From positions 10,415 to 74,414 of the forward strand of contig CAWEZM010000024.1 of assembly GCA_963813475.1 (NCBI GenBank): a stretch of DNA of 64,000 nt. Direction: 5' to 3'. Positions 19,216-27,648 of the stretch are shown piece by piece. The notes under the pieces were generated by a model, which was not told the DNA's origin, did not search any database, and saw only the letters and a list, made by a program, of their open reading frames with translations. The translations under genes and the position numbers were made by a program. The stretch is from an uncultured Acidobacteriaceae bacterium. GTDB lineage: Bacteria; Acidobacteriota; Terriglobia; Terriglobales; Acidobacteriaceae. How positions within the stretch are numbered: the stretch's first letter is position 1; each line of letters opens with the position of its first letter.

Positions 19216-20393
19216 TCATGGCGGGCACCCGCTAGGAGTGATCCGAACTCTGACTTGATCGGGTCCGGCCTGGACGCGTTTGTAGAGACTTTCCGGCTTC
19301 ATAAACGGAACCACCATGTGAAAGAGTGTGGCGCGAAGGCAAGGCCGCCAGAAAAAAGCATCGGTGCATGGCTCGATTGGTTGGCAGTACCTTCTCAACA
19401 GCAAAGAGGTTCCTCCAACGAATTGGATGAGCTCCTGCTTGCACGCAATCTCGTGTTCCAACATGAAGGCTCGCATCACGGCGGAAAGAGATTCCTTCTT
19501 GAAGTGCATGTCGTTCATCTGCAAATCGACGTAGGTGACACGATTTCGACGCCAGCCACTCAGGAGGCTCAACCACGTGCCATCGGGAAGGTGCATACCC
19601 ATGCAAAAGAAATCAGGAATCTCGCGAAGCAGGTTATACCGGGCACGATAGAAGCCGGTGATTCGATCTCGGCATTGAACTTGGCTGAAGCGCTCAACAT
19701 CGCTTCGAGAGCCTGGGCAGGCTCAAGCGAAGGCAGGAAGGCGACATGCGCGCGAGTTTCCAGCTGCTTGCGTTTTCCAGCCAGGCTCCTTCGCGTGCGG
19801 GGGCCCATGCCGGCTAACATCGCACGGTAGGTTTTTTCCAGCGGAAGCTTGCGCTGTATTGTTCCTCCGGAGAACATCCGGTATTTATTCCTGGGCCCCA
19901 TGACCTCGATACAGCCATCTAAAGAAGCCCTCACGGCGAAGCTTACGCCGTAAATCCGCCAATGTTTCAGGAGGGCCTGCGCTGCCAAATGGACATACTG
20001 CACCCGGAATGCTTCGAGACCGGCGACAAGACCATCGCCCACGGTATCTCCTCCGCGCCATAAGCCAAGACCCATCCCGAACCTGCAATGTTCGATAAAC
20101 AGGACGCAGGCTTCGAGGTCACGATTCCGGCGAATCAGAACAGCAGCAACTCTTCTATTTTTTTGGGTGTTTGCCGCAATGAAATATTGCAGATCCGTTG
20201 TGAAGTCGTCTTGCTGACCGCAGCGCAGGCGGAGTTCGCGAATCGCCGGGATAAAGGACCGCAGATTTCGTTCACCGATTACCAGCTCGGTGGTTCTTTC
20301 GCGGCTGTCGAAGATAGGGCAGAGCTGTTCGTTCCGCGAGGCGGTAAGATCAGGCACTGCGTTGTCGATACCTAACAATCGAGCTGCGCTCAC
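19216..20393 (-). pseudogene. FemAB/CelD-like GNAT-fold acyltransferase with a frame break near 19655-19670
   Basis: The N-terminal 245 aa or so come from ORF 19569..20393. After ..KFNAEIES the sensible sequence (ITGFYRARYNLLREIPDFFCMGMHLPDGTWLSLLSGWRRNRVTYVDLQMND..FMLEHEIACKQELIQFVGG) continues in the frame of ORF 19216..19602. Confidence 0.65.
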
Positions 20394-20693
20394 TTACTTC
20401 TCCGGCTGATACAAGTGTCGCAGTATAACGGATGGGCCCAGAGCCGGATTTCAACATCATGTGGATAAACTAGAGCATCTTGGTCGAATCGCCAGCTCTC
20501 CGCGACGCAGGTTTGGATCCCGTATCGGCAGGGCTGGACTAGTGGTCGTTCCAAGGAAGGTTTGATCATAACCGATTCATCGCTCGCCCGGCGCTAATTT
20601 ACTTAGACCACTGTGGTGGAAACACCATACATGGTTCATCGGGCGAGATCGCAGAAGGATTCTCTTGCCTTTCAGTGCGGGAGCGACTTTGGG

Positions 20694-21010
20694 TTAGGCG
20701 TTTGTTTGCTTTACGCGTTTATAGATACTGTCCTGTTTGAGGTGCGGAATAACGAGTTTGCAGAGGGTGGCGCGCAGGCAAGGCTGCCATAGAAAGATGT
20801 CGGTGCAGGGCTCGACGGGCCGGCAATATCTTCTCAACAACAACGAGGTGCCGCCAACGAAGTCAATGAGCCGCTGCTGGCGTGTGATCTCGTGCTCCAA
20901 CATAAAACAATTGATCGAACATGGGCGCATGGATAACTCCGGCTTCGCCCCAGGAGTTCACCTTGTTCGTGCGCATTCCCGGGTGGTCGAAGCGGAATAG
21001 CGTCAATGTG
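20694..21010 (-). pseudogene. Degenerate remnant of a paralogue of the C-terminal part of the adjacent GNAT gene
   Basis: FMLEHEITRQQRLIDFVGGTSLLLRRYCRPVEPCTDIFLWQPCLRATL aligns with FMLEHEIACKQELIQFVGGTSLLLRRYCQPIEPCTDAFFWRPCLRATL of 19216..19602. Weaker similarity continues upstream in another frame ([17 protein letters not shown] vs LSLLSGWRRNRVT). The 5' limit is uncertain. Confidence 0.5.
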
Positions 21011-21233
21011 AATGGCAGCCCGGTGGCGGGTGTCTCTCCGGGAGATTCCCTGTGAAGTTTGGTGGCGTTGATGCACTTTATGCGGCTTTCCTCAATGAAG
21101 GCCGCACACGTGGTCGTCTCTCACGCCCGCGTACAGGAAATCCGGGCACGGGCCTGTTAAAATCGTCGCTGGGCGCCAAGCAGGCGTGCCCCAAAACCCC
21201 AGAAAAACGCAAGCGATTGCAGGAGACGCACGA

Positions 21234-21893
21234 ATGTCCCTCAGAATTAATGACACCGCTCCCGACTTTACCGCCGAAACAACGCAGGGCACGATTCACT
21301 TCCACGAGTGGATCGGCGATGGCTGGGCTGTTCTTTTTTCTCACCCCAAAGACTTTACGCCGGTCTGTACCACGGAATTAGGGAGTGTCGCGGGCCTGCA
21401 GGACGAGTTTGCCAAGCGCAATACCAAGGTGATTGGGCTGAGCGTTGACCCGGTGAGCAGCCACGGCAAGTGGGCCATCGATATCGAGGAGACTGGCGGC
21501 TTCAAGGTGAACTATCCCATGATTGGCGACACCGAGCTGAAGGTGGCCAAGCTGTACGACATGCTACCCGCCGATTCAGGGGAGACTTCTGAAGGGCGCA
21601 CAGCCGCGAACAATGCCACTGTCCGCACCGTCTTCATCATTGGCCCGGATAAGAAGATCAAGCTGCAATTGAGTTATCCCATGAGCACTGGCCGCAATTT
21701 TCCGGAATTGCTGCGGGTGATCGATTCGATGCAGCTTACGGCCAAGCACAAGGTAGCCACGCCCGCCGACTGGCAGCCGGGGGAAGATGTCATCATCCTG
21801 CCTTCGGTTACCGATGAGGAAGCCAAACAAAAGTACGCCGGTGGTTGGAAGTCACCTAAGCCGTATATCCGTCTGGTTCCCCAGCCGGAGTAG
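21234..21893 (+). CDS. 1-Cys peroxiredoxin (Prx6-like)
   Basis: MSLRINDTAPDFTAETTQGTIHFHEWIGDGWAVLFSHPKDFTPVCTTELG is a canonical PVCTTE active site. Start set at the internal ATG 21234. Confidence 0.9.
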   Translation: MSLRINDTAPDFTAETTQGTIHFHEWIGDGWAVLFSHPKDFTPVCTTELGSVAGLQDEFAKRNTKVIGLSVDPVSSHGKWAIDIEETGGFKVNYPMIGDTELKVAKLYDMLPADSGETSEGRTAANNATVRTVFIIGPDKKIKLQLSYPMSTGRNFPELLRVIDSMQLTAKHKVATPADWQPGEDVIILPSVTDEEAKQKYAGGWKSPKPYIRLVPQPE

Positions 21894-21915
21894 TAACTCT
21901 GGGCTTATCGGTTTA

Positions 21916-23250
21916 TCAGAAGGAAGAAATACTCTTGGGGTCAACGGCTACGTGGCCCACGGGGTTGATCCAGGCGTTGTAGCCCGCGCGCTTCAGCACA
22001 GAAACAGCGCGGTCCACGAAACCTTCCTGCTGCAACTTGTTCTGCATGGCGAGGTAGGACGGCAGCCACTCGGGGGCGGGAAGGGGATCGGGGACTGCTG
22101 CCAGGAAGCCGTCTTCCTGGCGGACGAACATCCTGTTCTCTGCCAGAAGCTCGTCTACACGAGAATCATAGTTCAGGCGGAACGCCTCATCGGAGCGCAG
22201 AACGCCAAGCAGCTTGGCTAGCGCAAAGGTTTCCTTCTCTTCGTCGTGGAGGCAGAACCAGGGCATCACGGTAGGGGGACGAAGGTTGTCGAGGCTGAAG
22301 GCGAATTCTTTGGGAACCAGGTTTCCGTTCTCGTTGCGGTAGACAGAATAACGAGCCTCGAAGGCCATGTTTCCATCCGCACCACAGAGGAAAAGACCTC
22401 CTGGCCGCAGCGTGCGCAGTGCCCATTCCTCCGCGCGGCTGCGAAACGCTGCATCAAAATAAATCAGAACATTAAACACGCGAATGATGTCGGCTTGGGG
22501 CGTTTCTGCGCCGAGTCCGGCCTGCATTAGCTTAAGATTCGGACGTTCGTAGTTTCTGATGGGATGGCGCACGAGGCGCGCACCATCATGCTCGACGGAT
22601 ACGCATTGTCCGGGATCGGCAGCCGGTAGCTTTTCATGCAGAGCGGCAAAGGTCGTGCGAAAGCGTTGGAAGGTGATAGACGTGTCATGGTAAAGCGATG
22701 CCCAGGTCGCTCGATTGGGCGAGCTGGGGTGAAAATACCGGACGCCGCCGTCGGAATCCATACACGCGTAGTTGCCGTCAGAATCGTAGAGAACGTAGGG
22801 GTCAAATTGCAGGTCAGCGCCAATGATCTGCCAATGGGGAAAATCGCGCGCAGCGTCCAGAGCCGTTTGCGGTGGGAATCCGCAACCCATCTCCAGTAGA
22901 ACGGTATCGTCCGGGAATTGGCCCCAGGGATTTGCGTTGAGGTAGGCATTGATCTGCTTATGGCGGTCTTCATAGGTAAATGGGGGAACGATATTTCCCC
23001 ACGCTCCAGGAAGCAGCCTGGGAATCATGACGCCCAGGATCCAGGCGAGCGAGGGTGTCATGTGCGCGGGGGCCGCGTTGGAGATGGCCATAAGGCGAAA
23101 GGCGCGCTGGAGAAATTCCTTTACCTCTGGCCGCTCGTTCTCTGCGTTTCTTAGGATTTCCAAATGATGCGGGGAGGGTCGACTGCCGAGCGTTCGGTCA
23201 AAAAGGTCTTCGATGGACGTCCAAGCAGCGTTTTCCGCGGAGTTTGCCAA
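21916..23250 (-). CDS. Class I SAM-dependent methyltransferase-like protein (atypically long, 444 aa)
   Basis: Motif I-like VLLEMGCGFPP, later IIRVFNVLIYF and LRPGGLFLCG. Large insertions and extensions of unknown function. Confidence 0.5.
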   Translation of the reverse strand: MANSAENAAWTSIEDLFDRTLGSRPSPHHLEILRNAENERPEVKEFLQRAFRLMAISNAAPAHMTPSLAWILGVMIPRLLPGAWGNIVPPFTYEDRHKQINAYLNANPWGQFPDDTVLLEMGCGFPPQTALDAARDFPHWQIIGADLQFDPYVLYDSDGNYACMDSDGGVRYFHPSSPNRATWASLYHDTSITFQRFRTTFAALHEKLPAADPGQCVSVEHDGARLVRHPIRNYERPNLKLMQAGLGAETPQADIIRVFNVLIYFDAAFRSRAEEWALRTLRPGGLFLCGADGNMAFEARYSVYRNENGNLVPKEFAFSLDNLRPPTVMPWFCLHDEEKETFALAKLLGVLRSDEAFRLNYDSRVDELLAENRMFVRQEDGFLAAVPDPLPAPEWLPSYLAMQNKLQQEGFVDRAVSVLKRAGYNAWINPVGHVAVDPKSISSF

Positions 23251-23316
23251 TGTCTGCGCCTGGAGTCTTTTGATAGGGGTTGGTAGCCTTTATACACGCA
23301 GCGGCGCTTTATGGAA

Positions 23317-23934
23317 TTAAATCTTTTCAGGTTGCTTGGTGGCGAATTGGTCCAGCAGGAGATGGAGCGACTGGCGCAACAGGTTCCTGGCACTTTGTTC
23401 GGTTCCGTGGGCTGGGAGTTCGCCTTCGAGCGTGAGCATGGAGTAGCCGTGGACCACGCTCCAGGCAGCCCTGACTAATGCCTGCTGCCGGCTGGGGTGC
23501 GCTCGCGGATGAAGGTCCCTTGCCGCTTCTTCCAACAGGACATATGCCTGGGAGGCGGTGTGTTCTATTTCCGGGTAGTTTGCTTTGACGATCCCGCCCT
23601 CCCACATCACCTTGAAGTGAGAGCGGTGGTGTAAGGCGAAGTCGACATAGGCCACACCCATTTCCACCAGGCGCTTCACCTTGTCATCCGGGTGGCTCTG
23701 GGCGGCGCGCGCGAGGGCATCGCGAAACATGGTGAATCCTTCGGCTGCGATTTCCGCCAGCAAGGCCTCTTTGTCTTTGAAGTGACGATAGGGAGCGGCT
23801 ACGCTGACTCCGGCGAGATGGGCCGCGTCGCTCAAGGCAAGACCCTTGACGCCGTGTTCGTCGATGAGCGAGAGCGCGGCAGTCATCAGGGCTGCCCGCA
23901 GGTCTCCGTGATGATAGGGGCGCTTGGCTTTCAA
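23317..23934 (-). CDS. TetR/AcrR-family transcriptional regulator
   Basis: HHGDLRAALMTAALSLIDEHGVKGLALSDAAHLAGVSVAAPYRHFKDKEALL (TetR_N HTH). Confidence 0.9.
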   Translation of the reverse strand: MKAKRPYHHGDLRAALMTAALSLIDEHGVKGLALSDAAHLAGVSVAAPYRHFKDKEALLAEIAAEGFTMFRDALARAAQSHPDDKVKRLVEMGVAYVDFALHHRSHFKVMWEGGIVKANYPEIEHTASQAYVLLEEAARDLHPRAHPSRQQALVRAAWSVVHGYSMLTLEGELPAHGTEQSARNLLRQSLHLLLDQFATKQPEKI

Positions 23935-23961
23935 GGTTGGGGGTCCTCACTGATTTATTTT

Positions 23962-23995
23962 ACATGAATGTGAATCGCTTTAACATCTATGTTAA
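23962..23995. promoter_or_regulatory. Candidate TetR operator(s) in the divergent intergenic region
   Basis: Perfect palindrome TTAACAT-CT-ATGTTAA (23980-23995), and a second site with the same core, ACAT-GA-ATGT (23962-23971). Both lie between the TetR start (23934) and the membrane-protein start (24006). Confidence 0.45.
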
Positions 23996-24005
23996 TCTCT
24001 TTCAC

Positions 24006-24935
24006 ATGAGGCATCGATTTTCGGTTTTGTTCGCGGCAGCGCCCGGGCTCACCATCCTCGGGTTCGTTATGGCGGCTGACCTGGTGTTCACCCTATGCGG
24101 CCTGGTGGTGGACCGACGAGTGATTACCGGCGCGCCGGCATGGCTCAAACCCGCGAAGTTCGCCCTCTCCACCATGATTGCGGCCTGGAGCTTCGCCTTC
24201 TGTATCGCATCGACCCGGATCTGGCCGCGGGTCACGCGGGCGCTGGACATCGCGCTGGCTGCGGCCCTGGCTATTGAGATCGCACTGATTGACACGCAGG
24301 CGGCGCGGGGCACTACCAGCCACTTCAACGTTGCCACACCATTTGATGGTGCCGTCTATGCTGTGATGGGGGTGAGTATCCTCTGCATCTGGCTGGCGAT
24401 GTTGTTGCTCACTGTTGTGCTGTTCCGCCAACCTTATGCTTCGGCGGCCTGGGGCTGGTCGCTGCGTTTGGGGATGGTGCTGGCGCTGATTGGGACAGGC
24501 TCGGGGGGCTTGATGACAGTGCCGAACTCTCAGCAGTTGGCGGAGGCGCATGTGAGCGGACGGCTTCCGACTGTGGGGGCGCACACGGTGGGTGCTCCTG
24601 ATGGCGGGCCGGGGCTGCCGGTTACCGGATGGAGCGCGGATCATGGCGATCTGCGGGTTGCGCACTTCCTGGGTATGCATGGTTTGCAGGTGCTGCCGCT
24701 GCTGGCGTGGTGGATCGGTTGCCGCCGCATTGCTGGAGACGAGCGGACTCAAGTGAAGCTCATTTTTGCTATAGCCGCCAGCTACCTGGCGCTCTTCGGG
24801 CTGATTTTGTGGCAGGCGTTCCGGGGGCAGTCGATTGCGCAACCTGATAGCTTGTCGTTGATAAGCTTTACTGCTTGGGTGGTGGTTACGGCGGTTGCTG
24901 TAATTGTGATTCGAGGTAAGAAAGGCATTGCATGA
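24006..24935 (+). CDS. Polytopic membrane protein of unknown function
   Basis: Start set at ATG 24006 (MRHRFSVLFAAAPGLTILGFVMAADLV..). It has 7 or more hydrophobic helices and no motif I recognise. Confidence 0.5.
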   Translation: MRHRFSVLFAAAPGLTILGFVMAADLVFTLCGLVVDRRVITGAPAWLKPAKFALSTMIAAWSFAFCIASTRIWPRVTRALDIALAAALAIEIALIDTQAARGTTSHFNVATPFDGAVYAVMGVSILCIWLAMLLLTVVLFRQPYASAAWGWSLRLGMVLALIGTGSGGLMTVPNSQQLAEAHVSGRLPTVGAHTVGAPDGGPGLPVTGWSADHGDLRVAHFLGMHGLQVLPLLAWWIGCRRIAGDERTQVKLIFAIAASYLALFGLILWQAFRGQSIAQPDSLSLISFTAWVVVTAVAVIVIRGKKGIA

Positions 24936-25393
24936 ACGCGGATTCTCTCTTTCGACTTTGCAATAGCACGGCGCTGGCGGGTTGGGTTCTGCTGGTGGCT
25001 ACAGGATGGTCTTCGCGCGCGTCGCGGGTGATCTCTTCGTTGATAACAGGTCTGTTGGTGCCGGCACTTCTGTGCGGGGTTTATCTGGTGCTTATCTTCA
25101 CCCACTGGGGTGGGCATCGGGGAGGATTCAACTCGCTTAGCAACGTCATGCTGCTGTTCACCGACCGGTGGCTGGTGCTTGCGGGATGGGTTCATTATCT
25201 GGCTTTCGATCTTTTTATTGGGAGTTGGCAAGTGCGGGATGCGCGGCGCAATCACGTGCCTTTTTTGCTGGTGCTTCCGTGCCTGGTGCTTACGTTTCTC
25301 TTCGGACCGATTGGGTTGTTGTTGTATCTCATTTTGGCGGGGCTTGTATCGCGGGGGAAGGCTTGGCCTGGGCATCCGGTCGCTGCTGTGTGA
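24932..25393 (+). CDS. ABA4-like / DUF4281-family small membrane protein
   Basis: 153 aa with four helices and the characteristic LAGWVHYLAFDLFIGSW. The start overlaps the upstream stop by 4 nt. Confidence 0.6.
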   Translation: MNADSLFRLCNSTALAGWVLLVATGWSSRASRVISSLITGLLVPALLCGVYLVLIFTHWGGHRGGFNSLSNVMLLFTDRWLVLAGWVHYLAFDLFIGSWQVRDARRNHVPFLLVLPCLVLTFLFGPIGLLLYLILAGLVSRGKAWPGHPVAAV

Positions 25394-25460
25394 GGTTTGC
25401 TTGGGGGAAGGGGAACCGCAGGTCCCCGTTCGACTTCGCTCAGGGCAGGCTCTCGGCTTC

Positions 25461-25571
25461 CTCCGGATTTCCTGTCAGAGCTTAGTGGTGTCGGCAAACC
25501 TCGTGCGGCTTTCGTTAAAGAAAGCCGCATCCGTGGCCGTTAATTGGTGCAGCGTAGTAGGAAATCCGGAG
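25461..25571. repeat. Nested inverted repeat (REP-like) between convergent genes
   Basis: Outer 13-bp inverted repeat CTCCGGATTTCCT (25461-25473) / AGGAAATCCGGAG (25559-25571). Inner hairpin TGCGGCTTTC-GTTAAA-GAAAGCCGCA (25504-25529). Confidence 0.6.
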
Positions 25572-25664
25572 TTCGCTCCCACGGCAGGCCGGGGCAGGCG
25601 GGATGACAAGGGGCGGTGGCATTTATCGGAAGCGGCTATTGGGATGGATAACTGCGGGTCTCGA

Positions 25665-27617
25665 TTACCCCGGCGTCAGCTTGAGATCGTTAACTGCCCT
25701 GTGGGCTTGGTTGATTGCGCAGTCGGTGTAGGCGTAGGCATCCGCATCGGCGTTGGCGATGGCTATGCGTCCAAAGGGCTTGCGAGCCTCGACGCAGGGC
25801 AGCGGGCCGCCTTCCAGCCAGAACGGATCCCACAGGGAGTTGTATTGGTAGGCGTAACCGTGGGGCCAGCGATTTACTGTGATCGCGGCGATGTCGCGCG
25901 CGGGATCGAAGCCGCCGGCGCCAATGCTGCGCGCAAGCTGCTCCCTGATGTTCCTCTCGAAGGTCTCGAATGGCGTCGCATACAAAGCAGCCCGTCCGGC
26001 ACGGTGCTGGCTGCGCGCCGGCAGGCCCGGAGAGCAGGGATAGTGGTTCATGGTGAGCACGATCGGCTCATCCGGTTTCTTGGTGCAGTGGTAGTTACCA
26101 ATGCTGACGCGATGGTCGAGGCTGACCTCGGTGAAGTAAGAGCCTGGCGCATATATGCCCGCTGTCTGCAGGCGGATGAAACTCTCCCAGTTTTTAAGCG
26201 CTACGTTGGTGTAGACAATGGGAACTTTTTCTGCCGATCGCAGCGCCGACAGCTGTGCCGCCGGTAACTCGGTCGTGAGGTAGGGAATGACTGGATGCCA
26301 GCAGGCGAGAATGCAATGGGCGGCCTTTACCGTGTAGAGCTGACCTTTCTGCACGTACGTTACTTCCACTTCTTTCGCAGTGGCTGGGTCGCCATCGTGG
26401 CGCACTTTGACCACGGTGCTGTTCAAACGGATGCGGGTTGGGTCGCCCGCTTGATCGAGTTGGTCGTAGTGGATCTGGGATGTGACGATATCTTCCGCCG
26501 AATTGCCGGGCACCGCTGCAGGCACGAGCGAGCGCACCAGCAGTCGAGCGATGGATGAGTTGCCATCGGGGAAATGAAAGAAAAATTCTTCAGCCGCTTC
26601 GTTGGGGATAGAGTCGCGGCCCATACCCGGCCCAGCACCCGGCGCCAGCTTGAGTCCGTCGAAGCCGGGCAGACCCAATCCCCACGCATCCTGCGCCGAG
26701 ACGGCGTCGATCCCCGCTCCATAAAGCGATTGCGGATAAGCCTGCAGGATCGCGACGACTTTAGGATCCACTTTGACCAGGTTGGTCAGGTAATCGGTGT
26801 AGCTGATGCGCGCCAGCTTCGCTTTCTTCTGATCGGATGACAGGCCCGGCATCAGGTCTTCGTCGAGAAGATAAAGGCGCTTCAGATCGGCCTTAGCTTT
26901 GTCGGTGAGCGGAGCCTGCGCGGCGAACTCCTGCCAGACGGCAGGGTCCAGCACGGTTGTGTGCTTGCGATGCCTGGGTTCAGGGCTGACAACGAGCTTA
27001 TCGGCGCCGAAGGTTTTCTGGTCGAAAAAAATCTTCTGCTTCAGCCCGAGCGAGGGGTAGAGCTTCTTGTCGTTGTACTTCGCGTAGGCGGGGACATCGA
27101 TGCCGAGATCGCGGATCAGGCCTTTCGCTACCGGGCTATAGGGAGCGGGGCTCTCGATCGAGTAAGTGCCTCCATAGCCAAGCATGAAGGTTTTGTCTAC
27201 CTGGAACTCGTTCCGTTTGGCATGCCCGCCAAAATCGTCGTGGTTTTCCAGAATGAGCACGCGCGCCGATTTACCGGCAGCTTGGTGAAAGAAGCGCGCG
27301 GAGGAAAGACCGCTGATGCCGCCGCCCACCACGATCAGGTCGTAGCTTTCGCCAGTGCTTTCAGGCTGTCCGGCGCTCGCCCAGAAACTCCCGTCGCGCA
27401 GACGATGGGCGACTTCAAAGGAGCCCGGGTGGCTGCCTCGCAGACCGTGGGTAGCCGGTGGGTCATAGCCCGGCATGTTCTGCGCCTCGGCCGCCTGCTG
27501 GGCAAAGAGCGAGGTGGGAGGCGTGACCGCGGCGGCAATGGCCATGGCCGCGCCCTGCATAAAGTCGCGGCGGGTAATGCGGCTGTCCATGCCCAGTTCT
27601 TTGTCAGTCCAATTCAT
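25665..27617 (-). CDS. Tat-signal FAD-dependent amine oxidoreductase (spermidine dehydrogenase SpdH-like)
   Basis: Twin-arginine leader SRITRRDFMQGAAMAIAAAV. Dinucleotide fold YDLIVVGGGISGLSSARFF and ILENHDDFGGHAKRNEF. Last gene of the Pot-like transporter operon. The specific substrate is inferred. Confidence 0.65.
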   Translation of the reverse strand: MNWTDKELGMDSRITRRDFMQGAAMAIAAAVTPPTSLFAQQAAEAQNMPGYDPPATHGLRGSHPGSFEVAHRLRDGSFWASAGQPESTGESYDLIVVGGGISGLSSARFFHQAAGKSARVLILENHDDFGGHAKRNEFQVDKTFMLGYGGTYSIESPAPYSPVAKGLIRDLGIDVPAYAKYNDKKLYPSLGLKQKIFFDQKTFGADKLVVSPEPRHRKHTTVLDPAVWQEFAAQAPLTDKAKADLKRLYLLDEDLMPGLSSDQKKAKLARISYTDYLTNLVKVDPKVVAILQAYPQSLYGAGIDAVSAQDAWGLGLPGFDGLKLAPGAGPGMGRDSIPNEAAEEFFFHFPDGNSSIARLLVRSLVPAAVPGNSAEDIVTSQIHYDQLDQAGDPTRIRLNSTVVKVRHDGDPATAKEVEVTYVQKGQLYTVKAAHCILACWHPVIPYLTTELPAAQLSALRSAEKVPIVYTNVALKNWESFIRLQTAGIYAPGSYFTEVSLDHRVSIGNYHCTKKPDEPIVLTMNHYPCSPGLPARSQHRAGRAALYATPFETFERNIREQLARSIGAGGFDPARDIAAITVNRWPHGYAYQYNSLWDPFWLEGGPLPCVEARKPFGRIAIANADADAYAYTDCAINQAHRAVNDLKLTPG

Positions 27618-27648
27618 GAATGCCCTCGGGGAGTTGGATCGTTCTAGA

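Noticed and set aside
19114-19830. 238-aa plus-strand ORF downstream of the LysM gene
   Set aside because: It lies antisense to the C-terminal half of the FemAB/CelD-like gene. That half's minus-strand reading is supported by a paralogous remnant at 20694-20930.
8542-20468. Replication origin (oriC) implied by the DnaA boxes
   Set aside because: The four boxes are spread over 12 kb rather than clustered within a few hundred bp. No AT-rich unwinding element lies adjacent, and no dnaA, dnaN or gidA-type genes are nearby.
25110-26267. 385-aa plus-strand ORF overlapping the ABA4-like gene end, the repeat region and the SpdH-like gene
   Set aside because: It crosses an intergenic repeat and runs antisense to a well-supported gene. 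It is Cys/Arg/Gly-rich. The same reasoning applies to 30061..31143 (+), 28732..29655 (-) and 26961..27647 (+).
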